A program made the translations under genes and the position numbers. A stretch of DNA of 64,000 bases from Desulfobulbaceae bacterium (GTDB lineage Bacteria; Desulfobacterota; Desulfobulbia; Desulfobulbales; SURF-16). The stretch covers positions 2,860 to 66,859 of the forward strand of contig JAGXFQ010000039.1 of assembly GCA_024637145.1 (NCBI GenBank). The letters are read 5' to 3'. Below the pieces are notes generated by a model, which saw only the letters and a list, made by a program, of their open reading frames with translations, was not told the DNA's origin and did not search any database. Of the stretch, positions 60,705 to 64,000 are shown one piece after another (position 1 is the stretch's first letter; every line of letters begins with the position of its first letter).

Positions 60705-61220
60705 ATGGAAGTGATTCTTACACAAACAATTGATACCCTTGGTCCAGAGGGTGCCGTGGTCAACGTAAAACCTGGTTATGGCCGCAATTACTTGATCCCT
60801 CAAGGCAAGGCAGTGCAGGCAACCAAGGCTACCATGGCCGCACGTGAACGTAATATGGCAGCTATCAAGGCCCGCCTGGATAGCGAGCGCCAAGGTGCCG
60901 AAGGTGTGGCCAAAAAACTGCTGGGCACCACGCTTACCATTACCATGCGTTCCGGTGAGGACAGCAAACTTTACGGATCCGTAACCAGTGCTGATATTGC
61001 TGATAAACTTGCTGAAATCGGCATCAAGGTAGATAAACGCAAGATCATCCTTGATGAACCTTTAAAGAGCCTTGGCGAATTTACCCTTTCCTACAAGGCG
61101 GGTTATCAGGTTCTTGGTGAATTCAAGGTGCTTATCACCTCGCTGCAGGCCCAGGAACAAACTCCGGCGCCAAGGGCACCCGAACCAGCAGCCCTTGAAG
61201 AGGCCGGTACCGAAGAATAA
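60705..61220 (+). CDS. rplI: 50S ribosomal protein L9 (with Pro/Ala/Glu-rich C-terminal extension)
   Basis: Trimmed to the ATG at 60705. MEVILTQTIDTLGPEGAVVNVKPGYGRNYLIPQGKAV.AT is the L9 N-domain. About 25 extra residues (..QAQEQTPAPRAPEPAALEEAGTEE) lie at the C-terminus. Confidence 0.9.
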   Translation: MEVILTQTIDTLGPEGAVVNVKPGYGRNYLIPQGKAVQATKATMAARERNMAAIKARLDSERQGAEGVAKKLLGTTLTITMRSGEDSKLYGSVTSADIADKLAEIGIKVDKRKIILDEPLKSLGEFTLSYKAGYQVLGEFKVLITSLQAQEQTPAPRAPEPAALEEAGTEE

Positions 61221-61249
61221 TTACTCTCCGGCATAACGTCTTCTTTCCA

Positions 61250-61288
61250 GCGGCTCTTTTCACCTAAAAGGAAAAGGGCCGCTTTTTT
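61250..61288 (+). terminator. Rho-independent terminator after rplI
   Basis: GCGGCTCTTTTC(61250-61), a 9-nt loop, GAAAAGGGCCGC(61271-82) with one G-U pair, then TTTTTT (61283-88). Confidence 0.7.
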
Positions 61289-61366
61289 CTTGCAGGACTT
61301 GCATAAGAATCCGCAACAGATAGTATGCAGCTGTTGCGAAGATTTCTCTGACCTCATTGCCCTCCC

Positions 61367-62737
61367 ATGGAACAACCCCCTAGCACCTCTTACGGCCACC
61401 GTCTGCCTCCCCAGAACAAGGAGGCCGAACAATGTGTTCTCGGCGCCATTCTCCAGCAGGGCGGCATGATGGCCAAGACCGTCGACCTGATCAGCTCCGA
61501 CGACTTCTATTTCGACAATCATAAAGCCATTTTCAAGGCCATGGTCACCCTCTTTGAGCGTAATCAGCCCCAGGACATGGTCACCGTGATCAACCATCTC
61601 ACCAGCACCAATTTCCTGGAAGGCGCGGGTGGGGCGGCCTATGTCGCCACCCTCACCGACAGCGTGCCCCTGGCCTCAAACATCGTCCATTACGCCAATA
61701 TTGTCCGTGAAAAATCAATTCTCCGGCAATTGATCACCACCACCACCTCCATCGCCTCCCGCTGCTACGACGAACAGGATGAGATCGATCGTCTGCTGGA
61801 TGATGTTGAAACCACGGTGTTTGAAATATCCAGCAGCAAGAGCGGCTCCAAGTTCGAATCCCTGAGCTCCATCATGAAAGGCACCTTTGACAAGGTGACC
61901 CAGCTCGCTGAACGCAAGGAGCTTATTACCGGTGTACCCACCGGCTATAATGTTTTTGACCAGATGACCGCCGGCCTGCAGCCGTCCGACCTGATCATCC
62001 TGGCCGGCCGCCCCAGTATGGGCAAAACAGCCCTGGCCATGAATATGGTCCAGAATGCCGCCATGCAGTTTAATGTCCCGGTGGCGGTTTTCAGCCTGGA
62101 GATGTCCAAACACCAGCTGGCCATGCGTCTTCTCTGCTCAGTGAGTCGGGTGGACTCCAATGAGGTCCGTACCGGCCGCATCAGGGATACGGACTGGCCC
62201 AAACTCACCAGGGCCACCGGTGAGCTGAGCAAAGCCCCCATCTTTATCGATGACACGGCCGCTATCTCCGTCCTGGAGATGCGGGCCAAGGCCCGGCGCC
62301 TGAAGATTGAGCACAATATCGGCCTGGTTGTTGTTGATTATCTCCAGCTCATGAAGGGCCGTGGCGACAGCCGGGAGCAGGAGATCAGTGAAATTTCCCG
62401 CTCCCTGAAGGCCATGGCCAAGGAGCTTGAAATCCCGGTCATCGGCCTTTCCCAGTTAAACCGCAGCCTGGAGAGCCGGCCTAATAAACGTCCCCAGCTC
62501 TCTGACCTGCGGGAATCAGGGGCCATTGAACAGGACGCCGACGTTATCTGTTTCATCTATCGTGACGAGGTCTATAACAAGGCGGAAGATAACCCCAAAA
62601 AAGGGCTGGCCGAACTGATCATCGGCAAACAGCGCAACGGCGCCACCGGCACCGTGGAGCTCGCCTTTATCGGCCGCTATACCACCTTTGAGAACCTTGC
62701 CTTCCAGCATACAGGGCAACCCATACCCGTGGGTTGA
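61367..62737 (+). CDS. dnaB: Replicative DNA helicase DnaB
   Basis: LPPQNKEAEQCVLGAIL (N-terminal domain), Walker A LAGRPSMGKTALAMN, FSLEMS, VVVDYLQLM and SQLNRSLE. Length is 456 aa. Confidence 0.9.
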   Translation: MEQPPSTSYGHRLPPQNKEAEQCVLGAILQQGGMMAKTVDLISSDDFYFDNHKAIFKAMVTLFERNQPQDMVTVINHLTSTNFLEGAGGAAYVATLTDSVPLASNIVHYANIVREKSILRQLITTTTSIASRCYDEQDEIDRLLDDVETTVFEISSSKSGSKFESLSSIMKGTFDKVTQLAERKELITGVPTGYNVFDQMTAGLQPSDLIILAGRPSMGKTALAMNMVQNAAMQFNVPVAVFSLEMSKHQLAMRLLCSVSRVDSNEVRTGRIRDTDWPKLTRATGELSKAPIFIDDTAAISVLEMRAKARRLKIEHNIGLVVVDYLQLMKGRGDSREQEISEISRSLKAMAKELEIPVIGLSQLNRSLESRPNKRPQLSDLRESGAIEQDADVICFIYRDEVYNKAEDNPKKGLAELIIGKQRNGATGTVELAFIGRYTTFENLAFQHTGQPIPVG

Positions 62738-62896
62738 TTTTTTTATCTGCCCCAAAAGGGCCAAGCAGTTGCACTTCGCTGCTGATATGGTAAAAATAGT
62801 TCGCAAATCAAGGGGACTACGCTGCATCACCTCTCCCTCGTATCCCCACGACCCCGGTTATCCCCAGCCCTTCCAACTTTTTTTAAGGATATTATC

Positions 62897-64000
62897 ATGG
62901 CCAGCGCCCCCACCCTTCATTACGATTTTGCTGCCATTGAGAGTAAATGGCAGCAGAAATGGCTACAGGAAAAAACCTTCACGGTCACTGAGGACCTCAA
63001 CCGCAAGAAGTATTATCTCCTGGAGATGTTTCCTTATCCCTCCGGCCGCATCCACATGGGCCATGTCCGCAATTACACCATCGGCGATGTGGTGGCCCGC
63101 TTCAAACGGATGCAGGGCTATAACGTCCTCCATCCCATGGGCTGGGATGCCTTTGGCCTGCCCGCGGAAAATGCGGCCATCAAAAATGCCACCCACCCGG
63201 CAAAATGGACCTATGAGAATATCGACTACATGCGCGGCCAGCTCCAGCAGCTGGGGCTCAGCTACGACTGGGACAGGGAGCTTGCCACCTGCAACGAGGA
63301 TTATTATCGCTGGGAACAGCTCTTTTTTGTCGAGCTCTACGAAAAAGGCCTGATTTACCAGAAAGTCACCATCGTTAATTGGTGCGAGACCTGCCAGACC
63401 GTGCTCGCCCGCGAGCAGGTCATTGACGGCTGCTGTTGGCGTTGCGACCAGGGGGTTGTGCCCAGGGAGATGAACGGCTGGTTTTTCAAGATCACCGATT
63501 ACGCCGAAGAGCTGCTGGCTGAATGCGACCATCTCACGGGCTGGCCGGAAAAGGTCCTGACCATGCAACGCAACTGGATCGGCAAGTCCACAGGAGCCCA
63601 GCTTGATTTTGCCATTGAGGGACGCGATGAGCTCCTGACCATTTTCACCACCCGGCCCGACACCATCTATGGCGCCACCTTCATGTCCATTGCCCCAGAA
63701 CATCCCCTGGTGGCAGCGCTGACCCACGGCAGTGAACAAGAGGCCGCGGTGGCCGACTTTGTCAGACGCACCACCATTGCCAAGCAGCGCCAGAAGCCGG
63801 GTGATGAACTTGCCAAGGAAGGGGTCTTCACCGGCGCCTATGCCATCAACCCCTATAGCGGCGACAGAGTCCCCATCTATACGGCAAATTTTGTCCTCAT
63901 GGAGTATGGCACCGGGGCGGTGATGGCCGTGCCGGCCCATGACCAGCGGGATTTTGAGTTCGCCCGGAAATACCAGATCCCCATCAAGGTCGTTGTCCAG
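62897..64000 (+). CDS. leuS: Leucyl-tRNA synthetase (5' part, runs off the window)
   Basis: This open frame is not in the ORF track because no stop occurs before 64000. Translation is [28 protein letters not shown]...[57 protein letters not shown], which has the HIGH-type motif and the LeuS N-terminus. Confidence 0.9.
   Translation, partial: MASAPTLHYDFAAIESKWQQKWLQEKTFTVTEDLNRKKYYLLEMFPYPSGRIHMGHVRNYTIGDVVARFKRMQGYNVLHPMGWDAFGLPAENAAIKNATHPAKWTYENIDYMRGQLQQLGLSYDWDRELATCNEDYYRWEQLFFVELYEKGLIYQKVTIVNWCETCQTVLAREQVIDGCCWRCDQGVVPREMNGWFFKITDYAEELLAECDHLTGWPEKVLTMQRNWIGKSTGAQLDFAIEGRDELLTIFTTRPDTIYGATFMSIAPEHPLVAALTHGSEQEAAVADFVRRTTIAKQRQKPGDELAKEGVFTGAYAINPYSGDRVPIYTANFVLMEYGTGAVMAVPAHDQRDFEFARKYQIPIKVVVQ

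Noticed and set aside
62963-63940. 325-aa minus-strand ORF, plus the 62688..63353 plus-strand ORF, at the right end.
   Set aside because: The third plus-strand frame, starting at the ATG at 62897, gives an unmistakable LeuS N-terminus and stays open to the window end. The listed ORFs are out-of-frame or antisense shadows.
1-64000. Search for prophage, integrative element, defence-system (RM, CBASS, retron, TA) or CRISPR-Cas signatures.
   Set aside because: I recognised no integrase, transposase, phage structural gene, reverse transcriptase, methyltransferase/endonuclease pair or cas gene in any frame. The STAND ATPase carries a DNA-binding BTAD output rather than a nuclease or effector domain.

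Overview
This is a 64-kb chromosomal window from a diderm bacterium. It carries LPS and envelope genes (lpxC, lpxK, waaA, murJ), type IV pilus pilT, comEC, and several sigma-54 elements. The protein similarities look Desulfobacterota or deltaproteobacterial to me, but that is inference only. By eye the GC content is somewhat above 50 %; I did not compute it. I can support about 55 protein-coding genes, one tRNA-Glu(CUC), nine intrinsic terminators and a few promoter-like sites. I see no rRNA, no CRISPR array, and no recognisable transposase, integrase or phage genes.

The right-hand part (about 35.9-64 kb) is mostly housekeeping: ABC-F ATPase, malQ, a sigma-70 factor, comEC, pilT, an NtrC-type activator, lpxC-lpxK-waaA, rsmE, murJ, mog, purM, rpsF-rpsR-DUF2232-rplI-dnaB and the leuS 5' part.

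The left and middle parts are accessory-like. They hold four items I rate highest:

- **CsgG-centred envelope locus (13.1-23.3 kb).** Ten exported or membrane proteins surround a non-lipidated CsgG-family channel, with no curli subunits. A terminator plus a sigma-54-type promoter splits the locus. It ends in a Wzy_C/O-antigen-ligase-TPR protein. Upstream lie an orphan FlaG-like repeat protein and a large STAND-TPR-BTAD regulator. This is my best candidate for an undescribed envelope or secretion system.
- **Signalling cluster (31.1-35.7 kb).** It contains a hybrid histidine kinase, a REC-LuxR regulator, a stand-alone degenerate HATPase pseudo-kinase, and a hydrolase-less RelA/SpoT synthetase-TGS protein.
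- **EF-G paralogue (55.1-56.8 kb).** It lacks domain IV, has a mutated G3 motif, and is translationally coupled to mog.
- **74-bp repeat element.** It is tandem at 23.83-23.96 kb, with an inverted copy at 26.72-26.79 kb, and brackets a kef-type antiporter and yciH.

Many long ORFs in the supplied track are antisense shadow ORFs and I rejected them.
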